The position numbers and the translations under genes are program-made. From an uncultured Gemmatimonadaceae bacterium (lineage in GTDB: Bacteria > Gemmatimonadota > Gemmatimonadetes > Gemmatimonadales > Gemmatimonadaceae), in NCBI GenBank assembly GCA_963822945.1, contig CAWGJO010000033.1, positions 42,344 through 106,343 on the forward strand: 64,000 nucleotides of DNA. Reading direction: 5' to 3'. Below, piece by piece: positions 1 to 10,907 of the stretch. Below the pieces are notes generated by a model that saw only the letters and a program-made list of their open reading frames with translations, did no database searches and was not told the origin of the DNA. How positions within the stretch are numbered: the first letter of the stretch is position 1; every line of letters starts with the position of its first letter.

Positions 1-1011
1 TTGCTCAGCACGGTCATCAGCGCGTCCGTCGGCACGGTGACGCTCGTGGCCGGTGGGCTCGCGCCCTGGCACGCGGTGCCGGCCGTCTGGATGACCTGGT
101 GGGTGGGCGACTCGGTGGGCGCGCTGGTCGTGGCGCCGATGGTGCTCTCGTGGGCCGACCAGCCGCGCATCCGCTGGCGGTTCCGCCGGGCGGTGGAAGC
201 GGTGGTGCTGTTTGCCGCCACGCTCGCGGTCGCGCTCTTCCTCTTCAGCGGCCGGTCGATCGCCAGCGCCGGCAACGATCCACTGGCGTTCCTGAGCATC
301 CCGTTCATGGTGTGGATCGCGTACCGGTTCGGCCAGCGCGAAGTGGCGCTGACGTCAGCCGGACTGGCGGGCATCGCCATCTGGGGAACGTTGCACGGGC
401 ACGGACCGTTCGGCGGCCGCCCCCTGCCGGCGTCGCTGCTCCTGCTGCAGGCGTTCATCGGGGTGACGGTCGTGATGAGCCTCGTCCTCGGCGCCCTCGC
501 CACGGAGCGGCGCAAGACCGAGGATGAGCTGCGGGAGCTGGCCGGGCTGGACCCGCTGACCGGATTGCTCAACTACCGGGAAATGATGAGCGTGCTCACG
601 GCGGAGATCCGTCGTGCGCGGCGTACGCGGCGATCGTTCGCCGTGCTCTTCCTCGATGTCGACGGTCTGAAGCAGATCAACGACCGGTTCGGACACCTGG
701 TGGGCAGCCAGGTGCTGTGCCGCGTGGCCGAGGTCGTGCGCGAGTCCAGCCGCGTCATCGACACCGCGGCCCGGTACGGCGGGGACGAATTTGCGGTCGT
801 GCTGCCCGAGACGCAGGAAATCACGGCCCGTCGGGCGGCGCATCGCATCGCGCGCCGCATCGCCGCCGGCCGCGGCGAGCCGCCGGTGACGGTCAGCATC
901 GGCATCGCCGTCTGTCCGCGCGATGGGACCAGCGCCGAAGCGCTGCTCCAGGCCGCCGATCGGATGCTCTATGACGCAAAGCACGGCCGGCGCCTGATGT
1001 CGCTGGCCTGA
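1..1011 (+). CDS. MASE1-domain diguanylate cyclase (5'-partial)
   Basis: Multi-TM N-terminus (WWVGDSVGALVVAP, MASE1-like), then a GGDEF domain with DVDGLKQINDRFGH, RVID I-site and intact GGDEF. Confidence 0.9.
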   Translation: MLSTVISASVGTVTLVAGGLAPWHAVPAVWMTWWVGDSVGALVVAPMVLSWADQPRIRWRFRRAVEAVVLFAATLAVALFLFSGRSIASAGNDPLAFLSIPFMVWIAYRFGQREVALTSAGLAGIAIWGTLHGHGPFGGRPLPASLLLLQAFIGVTVVMSLVLGALATERRKTEDELRELAGLDPLTGLLNYREMMSVLTAEIRRARRTRRSFAVLFLDVDGLKQINDRFGHLVGSQVLCRVAEVVRESSRVIDTAARYGGDEFAVVLPETQEITARRAAHRIARRIAAGRGEPPVTVSIGIAVCPRDGTSAEALLQAADRMLYDAKHGRRLMSLA

Positions 1012-1081
1012 CGGGCGAGCGCTCCGCGCCGTCGGGTGACCGAAGCGCGTGCCATAGGGTTATGCAAATAGGAGGGTTGAT

Positions 1082-1687
1082 ATGGCCACCGGAACGTTGC
1101 GATTCCTGGGGCTCGCCGCGGTCACGCTCGTCTTTGCGGCAGCGCCGAGCCGGGCGCGCGCGCAGTCATCCGCGGTGTCGGTGGATGCGGCAATGGGCGT
1201 CGCGCACGTGGGTCGGGGATGGTACTCGGACCGTTCGCGCATCGGCGGCCGCGGCCGCGTCGACGTCCGCATCGCGACGCTCGGCGCCACGCAGTTCATC
1301 CTGGGCGCCTCCGCCGGCCAGTACGGCGACCAGGGGCCTCGGGTGATCAACACGGCGGTCCTTTGCGTGAACACGGGCGGCCAGGCGGTGCCATGCTACC
1401 CACCGCAGCCACCTTCGGCGCCCAACGTTCTGTATCTCGGCGCGCACTTCGGCGTCCGGCATCCCATTTCGCGGTTGCTCATGGTGGAAGCCGACGCCGG
1501 GGCTGGAGTCGCGCGGACTTCGCCCGGAGCCTCGCCCGACCGCCTCGGAGTTTCGGGTGATCTCAACCTGGTCCTCGGCCAGGCGAGCCACCTGAAGCTC
1601 GTGTGCGGCGTTCAACTGCTGACGTTGACCGACGCGGGCACCAGACTCTATGCATATCCCGTGACCATCGGTCTGCGGTTCCAGTGA
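1082..1687 (+). CDS. Exported hypothetical protein, probable small outer-membrane beta-barrel
   Basis: GGAGG RBS, signal peptide ending ARAQ, amphipathic strands, C-terminal IGLRFQ resembling a beta-signal. Confidence 0.6.
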   Translation: MATGTLRFLGLAAVTLVFAAAPSRARAQSSAVSVDAAMGVAHVGRGWYSDRSRIGGRGRVDVRIATLGATQFILGASAGQYGDQGPRVINTAVLCVNTGGQAVPCYPPQPPSAPNVLYLGAHFGVRHPISRLLMVEADAGAGVARTSPGASPDRLGVSGDLNLVLGQASHLKLVCGVQLLTLTDAGTRLYAYPVTIGLRFQ

Positions 1688-1693
1688 CGACGA

Positions 1694-1728
1694 ACGGCCC
1701 GGCAGCGCCTCTGGCGCCGCCGGGCCGT
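1694..1728. terminator. GC-rich hairpin between convergent genes
   Basis: ACGGCCCGGCAGCGCC-TCT-GGCGCCGCCGGGCCGT; no U-tract. Confidence 0.5.
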
Positions 1729-1729
1729 G

Positions 1730-1770
1730 CGACTGTCCGACTGTCCGACTGTCCGACTGTCCGACTCCGA
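1730..1770. repeat. 8-bp tandem repeat (CGACTGTC)x4 plus partial unit
   Basis: Read directly; abuts the pirin stop codon. Confidence 0.95.
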
Positions 1771-2693
1771 TCACCCGTGCTTGATGAACGTCCCGTTCTG
1801 CAGTTCCTGGTACGCCTCGCGCAGCTGCTCCTCGGTGTTCATCACGATCGGCCCGTACCACGCCACCGGCTCCGAGATGGGCTTGCCCGACACGAGCAGG
1901 AACCGGATGCCCTCGTCGCCGGCCTGCACCGTCACCTCGTCGCCGCTGTCGAACAGCACCAGCGACCGGTTGCCCGCCATGTCGCGCACGGTGTCCTCGG
2001 CCACGGTGGCGCCGTTGTCGCCCACGCGCTCGGTGAGCGCGCCGAACGGCTCCGAGGCGCCGCGGAAGCTCCCGCTCCCCTCGAACACGTAGGCGAACGC
2101 GTGACGGTAGGTGTCCACCGGCAGCGTCTTCCGCACGCCGGGCGGCACCGAGACGTCCAGGTAGCTGCGGGTTCGCGGCGATGCCCGTCCACCGGTCCCT
2201 TCTTGCCCCAGAACTCGCCCGTCACCACGCGCACCACGGTGCCGTCGTCGTCGGTGACTTCCGGAATGTCCGGCGACTTGATGTCCTGATATCGAGGATC
2301 CACCATCTTCTGATGCGCCGGCAGGTTGGCCCAGAGCTGGAAGCCGTGCATGCGCCCTTCGGGATCGCCCTTCGGCATTTCCTGGTGCATGATGCCGCTG
2401 CCCGCGGTCATCCACTGCACGTCGCCCGCGCCCAGCGAGCCTTTGTTCCCCAGGCTGTCGCCGTGGTTCACGGTGCCCTTGAGCACGTAGGTGATGGTCT
2501 CGATGCCGCGGTGCGGGTGCCAGGGGAATCCCTTGAGGAAGTCCTCGGGGCGCTCGTTGCGGAAGTCGTCGAACAGGAGGAAGGGGTCGAACTCCTGGGT
2601 CTTCCCGAACCCGAAGGCGCGACGAAGCTTCACTCCGGCGCCTTCCAGCGTGGGCGTGGCTTCGACGATTCGCTTCACCGGTCTGATCGACAT
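1771..2693 (-). CDS. Pirin family protein (frameshift near 2170-2185)
   Basis: DPFLLFD, GFPWHPHRGIETITY, QWMTAGSGIMHQE in one frame; EPVAWYGPIVMNT in a second frame. Confidence 0.9.
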
Positions 2694-2864
2694 CTCTCCT
2701 CCATGGGTCCCGCGCCCCGGAACGGGGTCGCACCTGCCAATCTAGGAAGCCTGGCAAGGGGCGCGCGGTTCCGGCGGATCGAGCGCCGCTCGCGACCGCC
2801 CGTACCGGCGGCTATGATTTGACCCACGCCATCCCTGTCGGCACGCCTGGTCAGGACCCGTCGC

Positions 2865-4625
2865 ATGCACCCGAAATTCGCCTCTATCGGCACCGCCGCC
2901 GTCGCCTTTGCGATCGCGTCGTTCGCCGCCACGGATCAGTACATCGCCCGCTATCCGGAACAAGCGGTGGCGCGCTTCCGGGCATCGATGAACGCGCTCG
3001 CCATCCATCCCGCGGTGCGGCACGATCTGGGCCCCGTGTTGGTCGCGTCGGCCGCCGCGATGCCAACCGATGACGACGAGCCGGGCCTCGAGTTGAGCGC
3101 GATCCCCCACGGAGCGCTGGCGCCGCCGCCTATCGGAGCGCTGGCCGCGGATACGCCAGCGGTGCCGACCATCACCACACCGCCCGGATCGGGCGCCGCG
3201 GAGCAGCGCGCGCAGGGATCGCGGCCGCCCGCCATGCTCGCCGCCAGCTTCGACGGACTCGGCGTCGGGTTCGTGGGGCCGCAGGGCACGGCGCGCCTGC
3301 GCAATCCGTCCGACAACTCGCTCGCCGTGGGCCCCGACCACATCGTGCAGATCGTGAACACGCGCTTCGCCATCTACACGAAGAAGGGCGCGATGTACGA
3401 CACCACGGGCCGCGTGCTCGTGGGCCCGGTGCCGACCAACGAGATCTTCCGCGGCTTCGGCGGCGCTGCGAGGCGCGGCCCAACGGCGACGCCGTGGTGC
3501 GCTACGACCAACTCGCCAAGCGGTGGCTCTTCGTGATGCCGATCTTCCGCAAGATCGCCGACGCCACCAGCGAGCCCGCGGTGCACGCGCCGGGCGACTC
3601 GGCGCACTACGCCATGTGCTACGCGGTGAGCCAGGGGCCGAGTCCCATGGGCCCGTACTATCGCTACGAGTTCCTGCGCACGCTCTTTCCCGACTATCCG
3701 CGCCCCGCCGTCTGGCCAGACGGCTACTACGTGCCCACCAGCACCGGCGACCACGTCATCCAGAAGCACGCCTGCGTGGCCGACCGCGCGCGGATGCTCA
3801 AGGGCGAGGACGCCACCGAGCAGTGCGTGATCGTGGACGGGGCGAACTTCCTGAACAACGCCGACCTCGACGGCACGCAGCTCCCGCCGCCGGGCGCGCC
3901 CGAGATCGTGATGGCCGCGGGCGGCACGCAGTTGAAGGGCGTCATGGAGGACAGCACGATCAGCGTGTGGCGGATGCACGTGAACTGGGAGCAACCCGGC
4001 GCTGACCAGTCTCACCGGCCCCGAGAAGATCGCCGTGGCGCCCTACCATTACCTGTGCGACGGGCAGCTCTCCAGTTGCGTGCCGCAGCCCGGCACCGAC
4101 CGGCGACTGGACGCGCAGGGCGACAAGCTGATGGCGCGGCTCGTCTATCGGCGCATCGGCAACCAGCAGTCCGTGGTCGCCGTGCACTCGGTGAACACCA
4201 CCGAGGGCGCGGGCGGCGTGCGCTGGTACGAGTTCCGGCTGGGCGCGGGCGGCGACGTGTCGCTCTACCAGCAGGGTACGTATGCTCCCGACAGTTCCTA
4301 TCGATGGATGGGGAGCGCCGCGATGGACGGACGCGGCGACATCGGCATCGGCTACTCGTTCGGCGGCACGCCCTACTACGCGGGGCAGCGCTTTGCCGGA
4401 CGGCTGGCCGGCGATCCCAAGGGCGAACTCACGCTGCGCGAGACGGTACTCGCCGAGGGCGCCGGCGCGCAGACCAACACGCTGCGCTGGGAGGACTACA
4501 CGCAGACCGCGGTGGACCCGAGCGACGACTGCACCATCTGGTACGTGGGCGACTACTACAAGGCGGGCGCGGAGAGTTACTCCAGCCGGATCGGGGCGTT
4601 CCGGTTTCCGGGGTGCGCCCCGTAG
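2865..4625 (+). CDS. Secreted hypothetical protein (frameshifts near 3470 and 4005)
   Basis: Three consecutive ORF pieces join into one protein: signal peptide, PSDNSLAVGPDHIVQ, PDYPRPAVWPDGYY, GVRWYE, RWEDY..DPSDDCTIWY. Confidence 0.7.
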
Positions 4626-4627
4626 TT

Positions 4628-4667
4628 GGACTGTCCGACTGTCTGACTGTCCGACTGTCCGACCGTC
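4628..4667. repeat. 8-bp tandem repeat (CGACTGTC variants)x5
   Basis: Fills the gap between two convergent stop codons. Confidence 0.95.
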
Positions 4668-5517
4668 AAAACACGAGCTGCGACAGATATCGGTAGTTCG
4701 CCCTCGCACTCGCCAACTCGTCCTTCGGACTCTCCTGCTCCACGTAGCAGGGCTTGTCGTCGATGTTCGGGATGGCGCCCAGCAGCGACCTGAGATTCAG
4801 TACGCCGGCGCCGAGTTCCGTATCGTGCGAGTGGTCGGCCACCACGTCCTTCACGTGGAAGGTCCAGTAGCGGTCGCGATACCGGTTCAGATATGCCATC
4901 GGGTCGCCGCCGCCCTGTGCCATGTTGCCGAAGTCGAGCTGCAGCCGCACGGCGGCCGGATCGGTGCGCGCGACGAACAGGTCGTAGGGAATCTGTCCAT
5001 CGATGGGATGCACATGCTCCGGCTCGTTGTGGAAGGCGAGCCAGAGCCCTGCGCGGCGCGCCGCGGCGCCCGCCGTGTTGAAGTGGTCGGCCCACGCGCG
5101 CCAGGCGTCGAGCGAGGTCCTGGTCTCGTCGGGGAGGCTGGGCACGATGAGATACTGCTGGCCCAGGTAGTTGGCCGTGTCGAGACTCTTCTGCCAGTCG
5201 CCGAGCAGGAGTTCGGGAGCGATGTGCGCGGAGGGGGCCCGAAGGCCCAGGTGGTCGAGCGTGGCGCGGACCTGCTTGGGTGTGCGGCCGAAGTTGTCGA
5301 AGCTCCAGAGCAGCTCGACGTCGTCGTAGCCGATGGCGCGGACTGCCGCCAGCGTACCCTCGGGGTCGCGCTTCATGGCGTTGCGCACCGAGTACAGCTC
5401 GAGGCCCACCCGGGCGAGGCGGCGCGACCGGAGCCCGATGGCGAACCCGGCGCGCGGCGCGAGGGCGGCCCCGGCCACGGAGGCCCCCAGCGATCGCAGA
5501 AAATGACGTCGGCGCAT
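4666..5517 (-). CDS. Tat-exported sugar phosphate isomerase/epimerase (xylose isomerase-like TIM barrel)
   Basis: MRRRHFL twin-arginine signal; GLELYSVR, FHNE, QLDFG, FHVKD, YVEQE. Confidence 0.85.
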   Translation of the reverse strand: MRRRHFLRSLGASVAGAALAPRAGFAIGLRSRRLARVGLELYSVRNAMKRDPEGTLAAVRAIGYDDVELLWSFDNFGRTPKQVRATLDHLGLRAPSAHIAPELLLGDWQKSLDTANYLGQQYLIVPSLPDETRTSLDAWRAWADHFNTAGAAARRAGLWLAFHNEPEHVHPIDGQIPYDLFVARTDPAAVRLQLDFGNMAQGGGDPMAYLNRYRDRYWTFHVKDVVADHSHDTELGAGVLNLRSLLGAIPNIDDKPCYVEQESPKDELASARANYRYLSQLVF

Positions 5518-5723
5518 GCCCCCAACCTGTGGCCGGGAGCGATCCTTCGCCATATCGGGTAGATGGAGCCCCATGGGTGCCGGCGCGTAAACCCACGGAG
5601 CGAGGGGCGGGTCTAACTCCGCGAATCGGGCATTCCGCATAGCGCCCGGTTCACGTTCTGATGTGTGATGGCCCATCTTTCGGCGTTGCGGCGCCCCCTG
5701 CTTCACCTCTCGCCCCTCCGTCC

Positions 5724-8700
5724 GTGAATCCTCGTCGTCTGTTGGTCCTGGCGGGTGTGCTCGCCGGTGCACTGGCGCTGGCGCATCCCGCCCGCGCGCA
5801 GGGGGCCGACGTGATCCGTGGCCGCGTGGTCGATCCCGACTCGAATCCCGTGTCCGACGTGCAGGTGTCGGCCACGTCCATCTCCGGCAACGTGACGCGC
5901 ACGGCGCGCACCGGGCGGGACGGCCGGTTCACGATCACCTTCCCGAACGGCGACGGCGACTACATGGTGGCGTTCAACCACCCCGGGTTCGCGCTCAAGC
6001 GGTTCGAGGTGAAGCGCACGGCCGACCAGGAGATTCTGGTGGCCGACACCAAGCTGTCGCGCGATCTGACGGTGCTCGACACGGTGCACGTGCAGGGGTC
6101 GCGTCCGCGCCCCAGGCGCAACGACACGCAGCCGGACATCGGGGGCACCGAGCGGCCCGTGAACAACCAGGCCCTCACCGCCGATCAGCAGGGCGACCTC
6201 GCGGCCATGGCGGCGTCGTTGCCTGGGGTGCTCTTTCTGCCCGGCTCCAACGGCGACCCGTCGGGCTTCTCGGTGCTCGGCCTCGACGGCAGCCAGAACA
6301 GCAACACGCTCAACGGCATGGATTTCGGCGGGTCGAACATTCCGCGCGACGCGCAGGTGAACAGCTCGCTGGTCACGGCGCCGTACGACGTCTCGCGCGG
6401 CGGGTTCAGCGGCGGCCAGTTCAACATCAGCACGTCGTCGGGCACCAACTTCATCCGCCGTTCGGCGAGTCTGGTGATGGACGCGCCGCCGCTGCAGTGG
6501 ACCGATCCCGCCGCGCGCGCGCTGGGCCAGCAGTACACCAATCTGAATCTGAGCGGGGGCCTGTCGGGCCCCATCCAGTTCGACAAGTCGTTCTACAACT
6601 TCTCGTATCAGTTGGGGCGGCGGTCCAATCCCTGGCACTCGCTGCTCAACACCGACGCGCTCGGTTTGCAGACGGCGGGCATCGCGCCCGATTCGGTGAA
6701 CCGGCTGCTCGGGATCCTGGGCCAGGATCAGGTGCCGGCGACGATGCGCGGCGTTCCCGGCCAGAAACTCACCGACCAGGGGCTGGTGCTCGGCAGCTTC
6801 GACTGGGCGCCGCCAAGTTCGACCACCGGCCAGGCGCTCAACCTCACCGTGAACGGCGGCTGGTTCAAGTTCAATCCGCTCACCATGGGCGCCACGGAGC
6901 TGCCGGCGCACAGCGGCTCGTTGACCAGCTGGAACGCCGGCGTCCAGGCGCAGCACACGGCCTACTTCGGCTTCGGCATCCTCACGGAGACCGGACTCTC
7001 GGTGAGCGCTTCGCACCGCTACGGCACGCCCTACCTGATCCTGCCCAGTGGCAGCGTGCGCGTGAACTCCGATTTCGCCAACGGCACGGCGGGGCTGCAG
7101 GACGTGGCCTTCGGCGGCAGTCCGTTCCTGAACACCAGCAACACCAGCCGGAGCGTGGACCTGCGAAACCAGCTCTCCTGGTTCAGCCTCGACAACAAGC
7201 ACCGCATCAAGCTGAGCAGCGAGATCCGGCGCGACGCCTACTCGCTGGACCAGACCGGCAACCGGCTCGGCACGTTCACTTTCAATTCCCTCTCCGATCT
7301 CCAGGCCGGCACCCCGGCGAATTTCACGCGCACGCTCCTGCCGCGTACGCGCAGCGGCAGCGAATGGGTGGGCGGCCTGTCGCTCGGTGATTCCTACCGC
7401 GTCAGCCCCGACCTGCAGGTGCAGTACGGCGTGCGGCTGGACGGCAATCGGTACGAGGGCACCCCGCAGGCCAATCCGCTGGTGCAGCAGACCTTCGGCG
7501 TGCGCAACGATCTCGTGCCCAACCGGGTCTACGTGAGTCCGCGCATCGGGTTCTCGTGGAGCTACGGCGTGGCGCCGGAGATCGGCGGATTCCTGGGCGC
7601 AGTGCGCGGTCCGCGAGCCGTGGTGCGCGGCGGCATCGGGTTGTTCCAGAACGTCGGGCGCGTCACCGACATCGGATCGGCCGTGGACAACACCGGGCTG
7701 GCCACCGGACTGCAGCAACTCACCTGCGTCGGTGGGGCCGCGCCGGTGCCCGACTGGGCCCAGTACCTGAGCGATCCCTCGACGATTCCCACCCAGTGCG
7801 CCGGCGGGGGCGGCGGCACCGTGTTCTCCAACTCGGCGCCCAACGTGACCCTGTTCGCGCGCGACTACAACGCGCCGCGCAGTCTGCGCTCCAACCTGCA
7901 GTGGACCGGCCCGATTCTCGATAACCGCTTGCGGGCCACCTTCGAGGGCACGTACTCGCTGAATCTCAACCAGCAGTCGCTGGTGGACCTGAACTTCAAT
8001 CCCGTGGTCGCCTTCCGGCTGGCGGACGAGGGGAACCGGCCGGTGTTCGTGCAGCCGGCGAGCATCGTGCCGGCCACCGGCGCCATCGCTTCCAGCGACG
8101 CGCACGTGTCCAGCGCCTTCAACCGCGTGACGCAGATGCGCTCGGACATGCGCTCGGAGAGCGAGCAGTTGAGCGTGCAGCTGGCGCCCACGGGGTTCAA
8201 TACGAACTACAGCTGGAGCCTGTCGTACACCTACCAGAACGTGCGCGATCGCATGCGCGGGTTCGGCGGCGGCTTCGGTGGCGGCAACACCGCCGGCAAT
8301 CCGCTCGACGTGACGTGGGGCCGCTCGAGCTACGACTCCCGCCATCAGATCCAGTATTCGCTGGGCTACAACTTCTTCGATTGGGTGCGCGTGAACTGGT
8401 ACGGCAACTTCCGGTCGGGCACGCCGTTCACGCCGCTCGTGGCGGGGGACATCAACGGCGACGGGTACGCGAACGACCGGGCGTTCGTGTTCGACCCGTC
8501 GCAGACGGCGGATCCCACGCTCGCCTCTGCCATGCAGTCGCTGCTCGCTGGCTCATCGGGGCGCGTGCGGTCGTGTCTGGAGCGGCAGCTGGGGCAGGTG
8601 GCGGGGCGGAACAGTTGCGAGGGACCGTGGACCAGCTCGGCGAGCATGTCGATCTCGTTCAACCCCATCAAGGTGCACATGCCGCAGCGCGCTACGCTCT

Positions 8701-9467
8701 CGTTCCAGATCTCCAACCCGCTGGGCGCTGCCGACCTGCTGCTCCACGGGCAGAACCACACGCACGGGTGGGGACAGTCGGCGGTGCCCGATGCGTCGTT
8801 GCTGTACGTGCGCGGCTTCGACGCCCAGACGCAGCAGTACCAGTACCAGGTGAATCAGCGGTTCGGCGCCACCAACCCGCAGCTCACCACCTTCCGGTCG
8901 CCGGTGACGCTCACCGCCATGCTGCGCGTGGACCTCGGGCCCACACGCGAGCGGCAGCTCCTGGTGCAGCAGCTCGACCGGGGGCGCACGCACGAAGGCA
9001 TCCGGCTCACGCAGCCCATCCTCCGCGCGCTGTACGGAAACGGCGGGCTCACCAATCCGCTGTCGGTCATCCTCCGCCAGCAGGACACGCTGCAACTCAC
9101 GCCCGTGCAGGCCGACAGCGTGGCCACGCTCAACCGCTGGTACATCGTGCATCTCGATTCCATCTGGACGCCGATCACCAGCTACTTCGCCGCGCTGCCC
9201 GATCACTTCGACGAGGGCGAGGCGTACCGTCGCTACCGTCGTGGGCGCGAGGCGTCGGTGGACCTCCTCCTCAAGCTCAGTCCCACGATCAAGGGGCTGC
9301 TCACCGACGCCCAGCGTCGCCGGCTGCCCTCCATCGTCGCCAGCTATCTCGATCCGCGCTACCTGTCGGCCATCCGGTCGGGCACGGCCGGCGCGTCGGG
9401 CTTCGGATCGGGTGGGGGCGTGCCGTTCATCGAGGGCGGCGCCGTGCGCGTCGTCATCAGCAAGTAG
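5724..9467 (+). CDS. TonB-dependent receptor-like outer-membrane protein with carboxypeptidase regulatory-like N-domain and C-terminal helical extension
   Basis: Signal peptide; IRGRVVD..TGRDGRF N-domain; plug motifs (TLNG, RGGFSGG); SPRIGFSW; GDINGDG..ND; GTG start chosen within ORF 5661-9467. Confidence 0.8.
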   Translation: MNPRRLLVLAGVLAGALALAHPARAQGADVIRGRVVDPDSNPVSDVQVSATSISGNVTRTARTGRDGRFTITFPNGDGDYMVAFNHPGFALKRFEVKRTADQEILVADTKLSRDLTVLDTVHVQGSRPRPRRNDTQPDIGGTERPVNNQALTADQQGDLAAMAASLPGVLFLPGSNGDPSGFSVLGLDGSQNSNTLNGMDFGGSNIPRDAQVNSSLVTAPYDVSRGGFSGGQFNISTSSGTNFIRRSASLVMDAPPLQWTDPAARALGQQYTNLNLSGGLSGPIQFDKSFYNFSYQLGRRSNPWHSLLNTDALGLQTAGIAPDSVNRLLGILGQDQVPATMRGVPGQKLTDQGLVLGSFDWAPPSSTTGQALNLTVNGGWFKFNPLTMGATELPAHSGSLTSWNAGVQAQHTAYFGFGILTETGLSVSASHRYGTPYLILPSGSVRVNSDFANGTAGLQDVAFGGSPFLNTSNTSRSVDLRNQLSWFSLDNKHRIKLSSEIRRDAYSLDQTGNRLGTFTFNSLSDLQAGTPANFTRTLLPRTRSGSEWVGGLSLGDSYRVSPDLQVQYGVRLDGNRYEGTPQANPLVQQTFGVRNDLVPNRVYVSPRIGFSWSYGVAPEIGGFLGAVRGPRAVVRGGIGLFQNVGRVTDIGSAVDNTGLATGLQQLTCVGGAAPVPDWAQYLSDPSTIPTQCAGGGGGTVFSNSAPNVTLFARDYNAPRSLRSNLQWTGPILDNRLRATFEGTYSLNLNQQSLVDLNFNPVVAFRLADEGNRPVFVQPASIVPATGAIASSDAHVSSAFNRVTQMRSDMRSESEQLSVQLAPTGFNTNYSWSLSYTYQNVRDRMRGFGGGFGGGNTAGNPLDVTWGRSSYDSRHQIQYSLGYNFFDWVRVNWYGNFRSGTPFTPLVAGDINGDGYANDRAFVFDPSQTADPTLASAMQSLLAGSSGRVRSCLERQLGQVAGRNSCEGPWTSSASMSISFNPIKVHMPQRATLSFQISNPLGAADLLLHGQNHTHGWGQSAVPDASLLYVRGFDAQTQQYQYQVNQRFGATNPQLTTFRSPVTLTAMLRVDLGPTRERQLLVQQLDRGRTHEGIRLTQPILRALYGNGGLTNPLSVILRQQDTLQLTPVQADSVATLNRWYIVHLDSIWTPITSYFAALPDHFDEGEAYRRYRRGREASVDLLLKLSPTIKGLLTDAQRRRLPSIVASYLDPRYLSAIRSGTAGASGFGSGGGVPFIEGGAVRVVISK

Positions 9468-9518
9468 ATTCAGGACGGGGCGCCGCCGGGCGCCGCGCCG
9501 CACTTACCGGAGCCAGCC

Positions 9519-10907
9519 ATGAACCGTCGCATCCCCATCGCACTCGGCGTCGCTCTCTTCTCCGTGGCGCCCACGGTCCGCGCCCAGCAGGCGCTGCCGC
9601 CGGTGCACCCCATCGGGCCCATCGAACACGTGACCACGGAGCCCATGAAGGCCGTGTCGCAGGTGCGCGAGCTGCCCGGGCGGCGCGTGTTGGTGAACGA
9701 CATCGTGGACCACCGGGTGCTGCTGTTCGACTCCACGCTCGCCCACGCGACCGCGGTGGCCGACTCCACGTCGAGCACCGCCAACGCGTACGGCAACATG
9801 CCGGGCGGGCTCATTCCCTACCGCGGCGATTCCACGCTGTTCGTCGACCCGGCCTCACTCTCCATGCTCGTGCTGGACGACGCCGGCAAGATCGCGCGTG
9901 TGATGTCGGTGCCGCGCCCCAACGAGGCGATCTTTCTCATCGGCGGCCCCTTCGGCACCTCCGGGTTCGATCCCGCCGGCCGGCTCGTATACCGCGGCAA
10001 CACCCTGCGGATGCGCGTGCAGCCCGACACCGGCAAGAGCGACAAGGAGAGCAAGGGGGACCCGGCCGACATGCTTCCGCAGTTCCCCGACTCGGCCCCC
10101 ATCGTCCGCGTGACGCTCGCCACGCGCGTCGAGGACACGGTGGCCTATTTCAAGATTCCGCCGACGAAGATGACCATCAAACGCACCGACAACGGATTCG
10201 TGGCCACCTCGACGGTCAACCCGATGCCGGTGGTCGACGATTGGGCCCTGCTGCCGGACGGCACCGTGGCCGTGGTCCGCGGCCGCGACTTCCACATCGA
10301 CTGGATCCATCCCGACGGGACCAGGACCTCCACGGCCAAGATTCCCTTCGACTGGCAGCGGCTCACCGACGACCAGAAGGTGGCCGTGATCGACTCGGCG
10401 AAGCAGGTGCTGGAGAAACGCCGCGCCGACCGGATGGCCGCGCTGACCGAAACCCGCACGGCCACCAACGCCGGCGGCAATGAGCGCCGGGTGACGGCCT
10501 CGGCCGGCGGCGATGGGGGCGGCGCCGCGATGGGCGGCATGGTGATCGTGATGCGCAAGTCGGACGGCGAGGGCGGCGGGGCCGCGCCACCGATGCGCGG
10601 CGGGTCCAACGAGCAGGTCAAGATGCCGCCGCTGCAATTCGTGCCGCCGTATGAGCTGCCGGACTACCGGCCGGCGTTCGGCACCGGCGCCACCAAGTGC
10701 GACCTGCAGGGCAACCTCTGGATCCGCACCTCGCAGGCCACCGACGGGCGCCCGGTGTACGACGTCGTGAACGAGCAGGGGGTACTGGTGGATCGCGTGC
10801 AGCTCCCCGCCTTCCGGACCATCGCCGGCTTCGGCCAGGGGGTGGTGTACATGGGCGTCACCGACAGCACCGGCGCGGTGCACCTGGAGCGGGCGCGGAT
10901 GAAGTAG
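9519..10907 (+). CDS. Secreted hypothetical protein, probable beta-propeller with helical insert
   Basis: GGAG RBS, signal peptide, repeated blade-like motifs (LPGRRVLVND, LPDGTVAVV, DLQGNLWIR). Confidence 0.65.
   Translation: MNRRIPIALGVALFSVAPTVRAQQALPPVHPIGPIEHVTTEPMKAVSQVRELPGRRVLVNDIVDHRVLLFDSTLAHATAVADSTSSTANAYGNMPGGLIPYRGDSTLFVDPASLSMLVLDDAGKIARVMSVPRPNEAIFLIGGPFGTSGFDPAGRLVYRGNTLRMRVQPDTGKSDKESKGDPADMLPQFPDSAPIVRVTLATRVEDTVAYFKIPPTKMTIKRTDNGFVATSTVNPMPVVDDWALLPDGTVAVVRGRDFHIDWIHPDGTRTSTAKIPFDWQRLTDDQKVAVIDSAKQVLEKRRADRMAALTETRTATNAGGNERRVTASAGGDGGGAAMGGMVIVMRKSDGEGGGAAPPMRGGSNEQVKMPPLQFVPPYELPDYRPAFGTGATKCDLQGNLWIRTSQATDGRPVYDVVNEQGVLVDRVQLPAFRTIAGFGQGVVYMGVTDSTGAVHLERARMK

Noticed and set aside
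1727..1770. Repeat peptides such as LSDCPTVR and SDSRTVGQ in many ORFs
   Set aside because: Translations of the non-coding octamer arrays
5703..8345. Long antisense or alternate-frame ORFs (also 12897-14984, 32136-34088, 38431-41250, 41332-44049)
   Set aside because: Shadow ORFs of GC-rich genes; no motifs and fully overlapping confident genes
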